DNA of 64,000 bases from an uncultured delta proteobacterium (GTDB lineage Bacteria; Desulfobacterota; Desulfobacteria; Desulfobacterales; JAFDCJ01). Below the pieces are notes generated by a model. That model worked only from the letters and a program-made list of their open reading frames with translations, made no database searches and was not told the origin of the DNA. The stretch is from assembly GCA_963769935.1 (NCBI GenBank), contig CAVYNY010000016.1:1-64000 (forward strand). The letters are read 5' to 3'. Positions within the stretch are counted from its first letter, which is position 1. Every line of letters begins with the position of its first letter. The position numbers and the translations under genes were made by a program. Shown here piece after piece: positions 49,562-59,375 of the stretch.

Positions 49562-51504
49562 CTGACAGATGAGGGCACCTTCTTTAGTAGGTGCCCTTTT
49601 GTATTTGGATGCATCGGGTTCTGCGGCAGCTTCGATTGCCCGTCCGAGTCTCCCCGATCCTGTCTCTGTTTTTCAATTTTTGTCAGATTGCGGCGGGCCT
49701 GCTCCAGATTGGGATTTATTTGGAGCGCACGGGCAAAGAGCCGATAGGCAGCTTCGATTTGCCCCTGATCCATGCGAACCAGTCCGAGATTATTGAGGGC
49801 ATCGGCATGGTCGGGGTCGATGGCCAGAGCCCTTGAAAGATGCCGAATGGCACCATCCGGGTCTCCCTGTTTCATTAGGACAAATCCGAGATTGCTGTGT
49901 ACATCCGCATCTGAAGGGTAAATTTTAAGGGCCGCCTGCAGATAGTCCATAGCCTCCTGGTATCGGCCCAGAAGCACCAGTGCCACCCCCAGGTTGTTGA
50001 GGGCTCTGAGATTCTTAGGTTCAAGGCGCAGTGATTCTTTAAATTCGTGAATTGCCTGCTCGAGATTTCCCTGTCGGGCCAGGGCATATCCCAGGTTGTA
50101 GTGAGCGTCGGCATAGTCGTATTTAAGGGCCAGGGCTTTGCGAAATTGATCGACAGCCTCTGTCAGACGCCCGTTATGAATCAGGGCTGCGCCCAGATTG
50201 TTTTGGGCCCGCGCTTTGGCGGGAGACTTTACTGCACAGTCCTGATACAAGGAAATTTCATCCGCCCAGACGCTGTTCCTTTCGAAAGTCCAGACAGTAA
50301 AAACCGTCCCCGCAATACACAGCGGGAGTACCGCCAGCCAAACCGGCTTGATATACCTGAATACCAGGGCAACCAGGGCCATTATGGCCAGCATGGAGGG
50401 TAGATAGTTGCGATGTTCGAATACGAGTTCCAACCCGATGACCGACGATTCGATGACCAGATTGCCGAAAAACCAGAGAATACCAAAGGATAAAAGCGGA
50501 TCCCGCCGGGCGGTCAGAACTGCCAGAACGATCAACGCCAAAATGACCAGGAGCGCCAAAAGGGTTGTTATCGGATCGGTCAAGGAATAAGAGAGGGCAA
50601 AATCGTGATCCAGATTCAATCTTGACGGCCGGGGCCATAATAGAAGGCTGATATAGAATATGACAACTCGAAATTGCGTTAGCACCCGCTCAACCAATGT
50701 GAAGTCCCTGTGATCGTAACTGGACAGTATTCGGGCAATCGGGTCGTTTTTGAAATAGGCCAGTGAAATTAAGACGATAACCAAGCCGGCACCGAGCAGA
50801 ATCAACAAATGGCGCCGGCTCCATTGTCGGCTCGATCCCTGGAAAAAATACCATTCGTATAAAATGATAAACCCCGGCAGAGTAGCGCTGATCTCCTTGG
50901 TACCGAAAGCCAGCAGGCCGGATACAACACAACCGGCAAACAGCAGCCATTTCGAGCGGGTGGTGACTGACAGGCGAAATCGGACGTAAAGCAGCATTGA
51001 CAAAATATAAAACATTGCTGCCAGGCTGTTCATGCGTTGGACGAGATAGGTGACCGATTGCGTTTGCAGCGGATGAACGATCCAGAGGAACACCGTAAAA
51101 AAAGGGATCCAGCCAAATCTACCGTATCCGCCCTTCAGCGCTGGAGTCGACAGGGTCGCTTTTGCCAGAAAATAGAGAAAAAAACCCGTGGCAATGTGAA
51201 TTAAAACATTTACCACATGAAAGCCCACCGGATTGTAGCCGTGGATGTAGTAATCCAGTGCAAAGCTGATGTTGGCAACCGGTCGATTGGCTATGGGGCT
51301 GTGGAACGCGGCCCAGGCCAGATTTTCCAGACTGAGAGAGGGAATCCGGATCTGCGGGTTGTCCCGGATGCTGCCGATGTCGTCAAAAATATAGGGCGTC
51401 GTCAGGGAAGGCGTATAGATCATGACGACAATAACGGCCAGCAGCGACAGCAGCAGGATTTCATGCCTGGGACCGTCCATTATTGATAAGCTGCCTTTGG
51501 CCAT
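49540..51504 (-). CDS. Multi-TM GT-C-like protein with C-terminal TPRs (TMTC-like putative protein glycosyltransferase)
   Basis: YIFDD..IRDNP, RPVANISFAL, HPLQTQSVTYLVQR, FEHRNYLPS, followed by TPRs. Confidence 0.8.
   Translation of the reverse strand: MAKGSLSIMDGPRHEILLLSLLAVIVVMIYTPSLTTPYIFDDIGSIRDNPQIRIPSLSLENLAWAAFHSPIANRPVANISFALDYYIHGYNPVGFHVVNVLIHIATGFFLYFLAKATLSTPALKGGYGRFGWIPFFTVFLWIVHPLQTQSVTYLVQRMNSLAAMFYILSMLLYVRFRLSVTTRSKWLLFAGCVVSGLLAFGTKEISATLPGFIILYEWYFFQGSSRQWSRRHLLILLGAGLVIVLISLAYFKNDPIARILSSYDHRDFTLVERVLTQFRVVIFYISLLLWPRPSRLNLDHDFALSYSLTDPITTLLALLVILALIVLAVLTARRDPLLSFGILWFFGNLVIESSVIGLELVFEHRNYLPSMLAIMALVALVFRYIKPVWLAVLPLCIAGTVFTVWTFERNSVWADEISLYQDCAVKSPAKARAQNNLGAALIHNGRLTEAVDQFRKALALKYDYADAHYNLGYALARQGNLEQAIHEFKESLRLEPKNLRALNNLGVALVLLGRYQEAMDYLQAALKIYPSDADVHSNLGFVLMKQGDPDGAIRHLSRALAIDPDHADALNNLGLVRMDQGQIEAAYRLFARALQINPNLEQARRNLTKIEKQRQDRGDSDGQSKLPQNPMHPNTKGHLLKKVPSSVSGAGGEN
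49571..49600 (+). terminator. Terminator after tRNA-Leu
   Basis: GAGGGCACC...GGTGCCCTTTT. Confidence 0.6.
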
Positions 51505-51610
51505 TGTGTTTGCCTTAAGCCTCCTGCGATCCGCTATACCCTATGCCCCATGCTCTATGCGGCTATCGCCCGCAACCCGCATCCCTGCACCCCGCAACTC
51601 GCACCCCGAG

Positions 51611-52862
51611 CTACCTCGGCTGAATCCGGGGCCTGAAGCCGGCTGCCGCAAGCTGCTCGGCAAGCTGCCTGGCGGCATCCTGACTTTCATAAGCGCCGAC
51701 TAATATTCTGATTTTCCCGGGTACGGTGGGATCGGGGAGAGTGTAGGCAGTATAGCCTTTGGCGCGCAGACGGGTAATAATCTCAAAAGCCGCCTCTTGG
51801 GAATCAAGCAGCCCCACCTGCACGGCATAGGGCTTGCGGGTCACCTGAACATAGCTGAATTTTCTCTTTTTCAATTCGGCTGCAGATTCCCGGGCTTCGT
51901 CCAGCGATCGATAAGAGCCGAAAAAGACCCTGTTCCAGTCGCCTTTGCCGGGGATAGAGACCGGACAGGCATACGCAGGATCGCCTTTGGCCGACAGCGA
52001 TGTTGCAACGCGAAAGGATTGGACCGGGTCGCGGTAAGCACTGATCTGAATGGTATAGGGATAGATTCCGGTCAATGGATTTTTATCCGGGAGCGGCACC
52101 ACAGTCGGCGGCCTGCCGGTGGCGGCCGCCTTTTGAGGCGGGATAAATTCCTCGGCCTTGACCGGCGGGCTGGGAGCGGCGTATTCAATCCGCAGAGGTT
52201 TGCCGGTTTTGTAGGTCTTAAGCCGAGCCAGGTAAGGGTCGAGCCCATCGGCCCGTTGCTGCTGGATCAGCAGTTGAACAACCCGTTTTTGGGTGGCAAC
52301 GGCTTCATCAAATTGACCGTTGGCCGCATAGGCAGCGGCCAGGGTATCCAGGGAATCGACACCGGCGTTTATCTGCACTGCTTTTTGCGCCAGTTCCAGG
52401 GCCTGGGCGCCGTCCCGAAACGCTTCCTGTGAACTGGTGGCCAGTATCCAGGCTTTGCTGTTGTAGGCATCCAGCAAAACCGGTTTAATTTCAATCGCCC
52501 GGCTGAAGTCGTCAAGGGCCTGTTTGAGGTTTCCTTTTTTAACCCAGGCAAAGCCGCGGTTATTTAACGCCTCGGCGAATTCGGCCCTGATTTGCAGGGC
52601 CATGGTGTAATCGACAATAGCCCCATCGTAGTCCGCCAGATTGGTCCGGGCCAGCCCGCGGTAGTTATAGGCCTCAAAATCACCGGGGATCACCTCGATG
52701 GCGGTTGAAAAAGCCTCTATGGCTGCATCATATTGTCGGTCTCTGATAAGCCGCAGGCCCTTTTGAAACCAGTCTTCCTGGGCCGACGCTTGAAGAGACC
52801 ATAGCAGACAAAGCTGCCATCAGGCACGCTGACCGCAGCCTGTTTCCTTTGATCATTTTCAT
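51611..52862 (-). CDS. TPR plus two SPOR-domain protein; frameshift in signal region near 52810
   Basis: TPRs; YTIQISAY...WNRVFFGSY; YAVQVG...RILVGAY. Confidence 0.8.
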
Positions 52863-52997
52863 TCCATGGTATCCAAGTTTTAAAGTTAATTAAATAATAC
52901 TTGAAATTTCAGCAAAAAGCAAACTTGGGGCGGCAAATAGAATTTGACAGACAGGCAATTTTCTAATATCCTTTTGCTGCCATGACGGGTATCCAAG

Positions 52998-54794
52998 ATG
53001 AAGAATAAAGAAAAATTTCGCAATACCATAATGGATTCAATGGTCGTAACCGGCATCAGCCTGGCTTGTATCTACTGGGTCTGCGAATCCTTCATGTATT
53101 TCTTTCTAAAACCGGAAGCCAATTTCATTCAACATCTCCTCGGACCGGATACCTTCCAAACCTGGACCCGGATATTGGTGCTGTGTCTCTTTGCCATATT
53201 CGGATCGCATGTCCAATACACGCTCAGCAAACGCCGCGAGGCGGATGACGCTTTGCGGGAAAGCGAGGAGAAGTATCGAACCATCCTGGAAAGTATAGAG
53301 GAAGGCTATTTCGAAACCGATCTTGAAGGCAATTTAACCTTTTTCAACACCCCCTTCTGCAAAATAATGGGGTATTCCCCCAATCAATTGATGGGCATGA
53401 ATACGCGGCAGTATACGACGCCTGAAACTGCCGAGCGAATGGACCGCATGGCCGAGAGGCTGCGCGAACACCGTATGCCCGAAAACGCCACGGACTATGA
53501 TGTAATCCGTCGCGGGGGGGATAAAGTGATGCTGGAACTCTCGTTTTCATTGCGGGAAGATCCGGATGGCCGGCCGATCGGATTCAGGGGCGTGCTGCGG
53601 GATGTTTCCGAACGCAAAAAGGCCGAAGAAGAAAAGCATAAGCTTCAAACCCAGCTTCAACAGGCCCAGAAAATGGAATCCATCGGAACCCTGGCCGGTG
53701 GTATCGCCCATGACTTCAATAACATTCTGATGGGGATTCAGGGAAGCGCATCGTTGATGCTGCTTAAAATCAGTTCGGAACATCCAAATTACGAAAAGAT
53801 CAAAAACATCGAACAGTACGTCCAGAACGGCACCGCCTTGACTAAACAACTGCTCGGCTTTGCCCGCCGCGGCAAATATCTTGTTAAAGCCACTGATCTA
53901 AACGAAATCATTGATAAATCTTCTTCATTGTTTGCCAGAACCAGAAAGGAAATTCGGGTCCACACCAACCTATTCGCGGCAATCTGGTCCGCAGAGGTCG
54001 ATCGGGGCCAGATTGAACAGGTTCTGCTGAATCTTTACGTCAATGCCTGGCAGGCCATGCCCGACGGCGGCGATCTTTATCTTAATTCGGAAAATATCAT
54101 TCTTGACGGCAGTTATGTCAAACCGTACAAAGTAGAGCCCGGTCGTTACGTGAAAATTTCGGTTACCGATACCGGAGTCGGCATCGACCCGGAAACTCAA
54201 AAGCGAATTTTCGAGCCTTTCTTCACGACCAAGGAAATGGGACGGGGAACGGGACTGGGTTTGGCCTCCGTGTATGGAATCATAAAAAGCCATGGGGGCT
54301 ATATCAATGTCTACAGCGAATTAGATCAGGGCACGACCTTTACGATCTACCTGCCGGCTTCGGGTAAAGAGGTTATGGAAGATGAAGCGGCGTCGATTGC
54401 CATCATCAAAGGCACCGGAACCATTCTCTTGATTGATGACGAGAAGATGATCCTCGATGTCGGGCGGGAACTGCTGGAAGAACTGGGTTATACGGTGGTG
54501 CCGGTCATGGGCGGCCAGCAGGCGATCGACGTATTCGAGAAGGACCACGACAAAGTCGATCTGATCATCATGGATATGATAATGCCCGGCATGAGCGGTG
54601 GTGAGACATTTGATCGCCTGAAAGAAATCAAACCGGAGGCAAAAATTTTGCTCTCCAGCGGCTACAGCATTGACGGTCAGGCGACTAATATTTTGCGGCG
54701 CGGCTGTGACGGTTTCATTCAGAAACCATTTAATATGAATCAGCTTGCTGAAAAGATTCAGAGAATTCTATCCAGCGGAGGACAAACAGATTGA
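52998..54794 (+). CDS. Membrane PAS hybrid sensor kinase/response regulator
   Basis: 2 TM, PAS, GTLAGGIAHDFNN, FEPFFTTK, GTGLGL, C-terminal REC. Confidence 0.93.
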   Translation: MKNKEKFRNTIMDSMVVTGISLACIYWVCESFMYFFLKPEANFIQHLLGPDTFQTWTRILVLCLFAIFGSHVQYTLSKRREADDALRESEEKYRTILESIEEGYFETDLEGNLTFFNTPFCKIMGYSPNQLMGMNTRQYTTPETAERMDRMAERLREHRMPENATDYDVIRRGGDKVMLELSFSLREDPDGRPIGFRGVLRDVSERKKAEEEKHKLQTQLQQAQKMESIGTLAGGIAHDFNNILMGIQGSASLMLLKISSEHPNYEKIKNIEQYVQNGTALTKQLLGFARRGKYLVKATDLNEIIDKSSSLFARTRKEIRVHTNLFAAIWSAEVDRGQIEQVLLNLYVNAWQAMPDGGDLYLNSENIILDGSYVKPYKVEPGRYVKISVTDTGVGIDPETQKRIFEPFFTTKEMGRGTGLGLASVYGIIKSHGGYINVYSELDQGTTFTIYLPASGKEVMEDEAASIAIIKGTGTILLIDDEKMILDVGRELLEELGYTVVPVMGGQQAIDVFEKDHDKVDLIIMDMIMPGMSGGETFDRLKEIKPEAKILLSSGYSIDGQATNILRRGCDGFIQKPFNMNQLAEKIQRILSSGGQTD

Positions 54795-55003
54795 ATAATG
54801 AAAATTGAAGATTGAATACTTATTGAATTCTATCCTTATATATTTTCTTTAATTGCTCCCCGGCAACAAGAATCTGAAAAATATGATAGCATTTCCTAGA
54901 ACAGCTGGCGTTTGATCTATTGAGGGCAGAGATACTCCCGCATACAAACCGATTATATCCTCATCACAATATTCAATCGTCAGTCTTCAATAGTCAATCG
55001 TCA
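54788..55003. repeat. Inverted 7-nt arrays between convergent genes
   Basis: GATTGAATAATGAAAATTGAAGATTGAATAC...AATATTCAATCGTCAGTCTTCAATAGTCAATCGTC. Confidence 0.75.
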
Positions 55004-57096
55004 CTCACCACCGGTTCCCGCAAAATTTTTTCAATACTCTTGCCGGCGGTTGCGGCAGCCTCGGGGAAGACGTCTTTAAGATTACGGACATGCCGCAGGT
55101 TGTCGGCGGTTCTTAAAATCAACGTGGCCAGATCCCCCTCCTCGATTTCAGCAATTCTCAGCACGCTCTCCCAGGAAAGTCCCCGGCTCCATGCGCAGAC
55201 CGTTGCGGCGGGACGCAGCAGCAGGGGTCGCACCTCAAAATTTCGTTGAATCATCCTGCCGGCAAAAGATGTTAACCCTCTGGTCAGCTTTGAAAAGGCG
55301 GTTCCCAGGGCATCGGGGATCAGTTTTTTGCTGATGCGGTCGTCGGCTTCGCGGTCATTGACAAAGCAGGCAATGATGGCGGCCAGAATGTCCGGCTCCG
55401 ATTGCGGAAAAATTCCGCGTCGAAAACCTTCGGCAATTAACAGCGGCTGATCGACTCTCAGCTGGGATGCCCATCTTCCGTCCGGCGTCAATTCATTTTC
55501 CGGGGTTACGTAGCCGGTTGCCTTCAGAAAATCAAGATGCCGCAAAAAATCCTGCCACAAATGCTCATGGCTGTTCCGGCTTCCTTTTTTGTGCCGGGAA
55601 TGGCGGATTAAAAAATCGGCAAATGATTTTCTCAACAACTCTTCGATCTGGGCGGGCGTATGGGAAAGCAATAAATTCAGCACCATTGAAAAATTGATTT
55701 TAATCTGGCTGACCACATCGGACGGCGGTGCATCGAGCAGTCTGGCCATCAGGCGGACATCCATGAATTTGTCGGGTATCATTAGCGCAAAACCGATATT
55801 GTCCATTCCCCGGCGGCCGGCTCGGCCGGTCATCTGGTGGAATTCGGTGGCGGTCAAGGGCAAAAATTGTTTACCGTTAAACCGATCCGAATTCAAAAAT
55901 ACAACCGTCCGGGCCGGAAAGTTAACCCCGGCGGCCACCGTCGATGTTGCGAACACCGCATCCAGCAAGCCCCGGGTCATCAGGTTTTCCAACATCAGTT
56001 TCCAGGCCGGCAGCTGACCGGCGTGATGGGCCCCGACGGCCAGCTGTTCCAAATGCCACAGCTGGCGATGAGCGGAGAGGTGCGGCATCTGCTGAATATG
56101 TACGGCAACTTCTTGTCTGATCTGGACTTGCCGTGATGGGTCGCTTATCAGGTTGTCCCGGCAGGAATCCAGGGCCCGGTCGCAATCAGCCCGGGATTTG
56201 AGAAAAAAAATGGCGGGCAGCAGATCATATCTTTTCATGACCCGCAAAATCTCGCCAAACGGCGATGGGCCGAGCTGCGCTTTCCTGCGTCGCCGGGACC
56301 CGGCTTTGATAATTTGATGAACTCTTTTATCCAGCTGCGGCCGGCTGCCGGCTTTGGCCGGTGCCATCAGCGGCAGCACAGTGCCGGAAGGGTGAAGCAA
56401 AAGTGGAAACAACGAAACCGGCCGGGTGGTCTCTTCAATGACCGTACAGGCAGTGGATCGAATAGATTCAAGCCAGTCGGAAATTTGACCGGCATTGCCG
56501 ATGGTTGCCGACAACAGCAGAAGCGGGATTCGAGCCGGCAGATAGATCATGATTTCTTCCCAGACCACACCGCGCTCCGCATCGCCGAGAAAGTGGGCTT
56601 CGTCTAGGATTACAAAGTCGGCGGGCAAGGATTCGCCCCGGTGCATGGCATCATAGAGCTGATTGCGCAATATTTCAGTGGTGCCGACGATGATCGGTGC
56701 CTGCGAATTTTCCCGGTAATCACCGGTCAGAATCCCGACGTTGGCAGGACCGAAAATATCGGAAAATTCGGCATACTTGGCATTGCTCAGGGCCTTTAAG
56801 GGGCAGGCATACCAGGCCCGACCGTTTTGCCGCTGTCGGATGCGGGCAATTGCTTGAACGGCAATCCATGTTTTACCGGCGCCGGTGGGCGCCGTCACCA
56901 GACAATCGGAGTGTTCAATCGCCTTCAAGGCCTGGGTTTGAAAAGGATCCGGGGTAAAAACCCGGCTTGGCGGGACTCCGATGGTGGCAAAAACTTTCTT
57001 CAGGCGAACGTCCGCACCGGGCTTCAGGTGCGGCGGTTCATGTTTTTTAGGAAAGCGGCGTTTAAATTTTGGAAGATGCTGCTTGGGCCTGGACAT
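54994..57096 (-). CDS. Ski2/HelY-like DEAH-box helicase
   Basis: APTGAGKT, PLKALSN, ILDEAH, LSAT, HHAG, QMTGRAGRRG. Confidence 0.92.
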   Translation of the reverse strand: MSRPKQHLPKFKRRFPKKHEPPHLKPGADVRLKKVFATIGVPPSRVFTPDPFQTQALKAIEHSDCLVTAPTGAGKTWIAVQAIARIRQRQNGRAWYACPLKALSNAKYAEFSDIFGPANVGILTGDYRENSQAPIIVGTTEILRNQLYDAMHRGESLPADFVILDEAHFLGDAERGVVWEEIMIYLPARIPLLLLSATIGNAGQISDWLESIRSTACTVIEETTRPVSLFPLLLHPSGTVLPLMAPAKAGSRPQLDKRVHQIIKAGSRRRRKAQLGPSPFGEILRVMKRYDLLPAIFFLKSRADCDRALDSCRDNLISDPSRQVQIRQEVAVHIQQMPHLSAHRQLWHLEQLAVGAHHAGQLPAWKLMLENLMTRGLLDAVFATSTVAAGVNFPARTVVFLNSDRFNGKQFLPLTATEFHQMTGRAGRRGMDNIGFALMIPDKFMDVRLMARLLDAPPSDVVSQIKINFSMVLNLLLSHTPAQIEELLRKSFADFLIRHSRHKKGSRNSHEHLWQDFLRHLDFLKATGYVTPENELTPDGRWASQLRVDQPLLIAEGFRRGIFPQSEPDILAAIIACFVNDREADDRISKKLIPDALGTAFSKLTRGLTSFAGRMIQRNFEVRPLLLRPAATVCAWSRGLSWESVLRIAEIEEGDLATLILRTADNLRHVRNLKDVFPEAAATAGKSIEKILREPVVSDD

Positions 57097-57170
57097 TCGG
57101 ATAGCGTTGACTGGTTGAATGGTTGATGCGCTGAGAAGCAGCAAAAGCAATGATCCGGCGTTATCTGACA

Positions 57171-57927
57171 TCAAAGCCTGGCGATCATCGATTTAATCTC
57201 GGTCTTGCACGACGAAGTGACGTCAAAAGGGGATATACCGTTTAAATCCGCCTCGATCAAGGCGTCGTCATACGGCAGAAATCCGATAAATTCAAAGTCG
57301 GACAGATGTTTTTGGAGAAACTCCTGGTCTTTGGGGACCTCGTATTTTGTTGCCGACAACGGCGATGGTCTCCAGGCCGATTTCTTTTGCCAGCTGCCGG
57401 ATATGCTCAGCTGTGTCGATACTGCGCCTTCCCGGTTCGACCACGACGATAAGCTTATCAACTGACTTGGCGGTGGCCCGCCCGAGGTGTTCGATACCGG
57501 CTTCCATGTCCATTACCACGACTTCATCCCTGGCCAGCACCACATGCATCACCAGCGCCCGCAACAGGGCACTTTCCGGGCAGATGCACCCTGCCCCGCC
57601 CTTTTTGACGCCGCCCAGGCGCATGAGTTTGATGTTTTCAAAGGTCGCCGACAGAGCATCCGGCAGATCATCCACCCTGGGATTAAGTTTGAAAAAGCCG
57701 CCGATACTGCCGGGCTGCGCCCCGGTGCGCTCAAAAACAAGTTCTTTCATCTCTGAGATGGGAACGATGCTTTCGGCATTATCGATGCCCAGTCCCGCGG
57801 CCAGATTCGCGTCCGGATCCGCATCGATGGCCAGCACCCGTTTTCCCATTTGATTGAATGTGCGAATCAATAAGGAGGCAAAGGTTGTTTTGCCCACCCC
57901 TCCCTTGCCGCTGACTGCAAGCTTCAT
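57171..57927 (-). CDS. cooC: CO dehydrogenase maturation (Ni-insertion) ATPase, frameshift near 57340
   Basis: SGKGGVGKTT, DADPDANL, FKLNPRVDD, GCICPE, DMEAGIEHLGR. Confidence 0.88.
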
Positions 57928-58248
57928 CCGTATATCCTTTCTGAATCGTAACGATTACAGGCGCTTAGCTATTTTATTTCGACAATCGGCTGCGCGGGCT
58001 GTCTACATCAAATGGTTGCTGAACCGGAGGTAAGTGACTGTTAAAATTAATTGACTCCGCCTTCAATCAGTCCATCAACCCGACAACCGATCGACTATCT
58101 AATCCAAAAATGATTTTTTATCTACCAAAATAACGCAGGAATTGGAGCATGCAAGGGCAGACTTGTGTGAATGTCCAACGAAACAGGAGGGCAGCGCCTT
58201 GGAAGCCTTCCGGTTTGATGGGGTACGAAATTTGGAAATTTTACCCGA

Positions 58249-58695
58249 TCAGGGATGTCGCATCCATCTGGCCGGACCTACGGTGGTGGAAGGCGTTCGA
58301 CTCAAAAAGACGGTTTTGCCACTTCCTCTAAAGCCCAAGGCTCCATCTGTTTCAACTAGATCGCCATCCCATGCATATGCTTTGCCGAGATTCGGGTAGG
58401 TACCGGTGGGGTCGTCTTTCATTTTTCCCCAGACAGCACTGTCCCCGCTGTCCGGGTCATAGCCGGATACGGAACATTTGACGGTCGCCCACAGCAGACC
58501 TTCTCTGCCGTTGAGTTCGGCGATGGCCGCATCGATGGCCCTTTCATCTGCATTGGCCTCCAGGCTAATGTAGCGCGGAACGGCTATGGCAGCTAAAATG
58601 CTGAGCAGTATTATCACTGCGAGAAGTTCTACGAGAGTAAATCCCTGCGCCTGTAGGCCGCAAAATAATCGCTCATCGGGTCGCACTACCGTCAC
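58249..58695 (-). CDS. Type IV pilin-like protein (paralogue of 58725-59123)
   Basis: QGFTLVELLAVIILLSILAAIAVPRY; start uncertain. Confidence 0.8.
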   Translation of the reverse strand: MTVVRPDERLFCGLQAQGFTLVELLAVIILLSILAAIAVPRYISLEANADERAIDAAIAELNGREGLLWATVKCSVSGYDPDSGDSAVWGKMKDDPTGTYPNLGKAYAWDGDLVETDGALGFRGSGKTVFLSRTPSTTVGPARWMRHP

Positions 58696-58724
58696 CCCTA
58701 TCAACCTGTCACCGATCGGCCGGC

Positions 58725-59123
58725 CTATTTTCGAACCCAGACGCCGGGCTTTTTTGTAGTGGACTCTGTACGGGACATGGTCACCGGAGTGCCGCTTTTG
58801 AATGACAATTGACCGCCGCCAACGCCAAGAGCAGGAGAGGCAGACCATACATAACTAGCGCCAAGATCCTTGTCGATCTTACCAAACAGTGTAGCATCAT
58901 CTGTATAACCGGTGGTGGATATTTTGGTATCGGCCCACGTCAGGCTTTCGCGGCCGTTTAGTTCCGCCACCGCGGCATCAAGGGCTCTCATTTTGGCGTT
59001 GGTTTCCAGGTCGATATAGCGCGGTACGGCCACAGCGGCCAGGATGCCTAGAATGATCAAAACGGCGATGATCTCCACCAGGGTAAAACCTTCTTGATTA
59101 CGTAACGGATTTTGATTTTTCAT
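58725..59123 (-). CDS. Type IV pilin (MshA/PilA-like major pilin candidate)
   Basis: EGFTLVEIIAVLIILGILAAVAVPRY; GGAGG RBS. Confidence 0.9.
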   Translation of the reverse strand: MKNQNPLRNQEGFTLVEIIAVLIILGILAAVAVPRYIDLETNAKMRALDAAVAELNGRESLTWADTKISTTGYTDDATLFGKIDKDLGASYVWSASPALGVGGGQLSFKSGTPVTMSRTESTTKKPGVWVRK

Positions 59124-59214
59124 GACGAATAATCCCTCCCTTGGGTCTTAATGTTAGCAAACTTTAGCTCAAAAATAATGATTTATTAAAATTCTTGTCT
59201 TGGTTGATGGTTAT

Positions 59215-59230
59215 AGCACAAATGATGCCA
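59215..59230 (-). promoter_or_regulatory. Sigma-54 promoter of pilin
   Basis: Minus strand TGGCATCATTTGTGCT. Confidence 0.7.
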
Positions 59231-59375
59231 ACCGGGTATTCTATTTAGCGCTGAAATCATAATTTCATTATTATTTTAAATAGTTAAAATTTTAAAAAGT
59301 TATTGGATTTTTTATTGTTCGTAAAGAGACAACCGGTAATCTACAAAATATGATAGTTTGGGGGCCTGGAATTCA

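Noticed and set aside
49517..49747. Plus-strand ORF starting within tRNA-Leu
   Set aside because: Overlaps a clear tRNA and an antisense CDS; spurious.
57171..57927. CODH/ACS gene cluster
   Set aside because: Only cooC is present; no catalytic subunits in the window.
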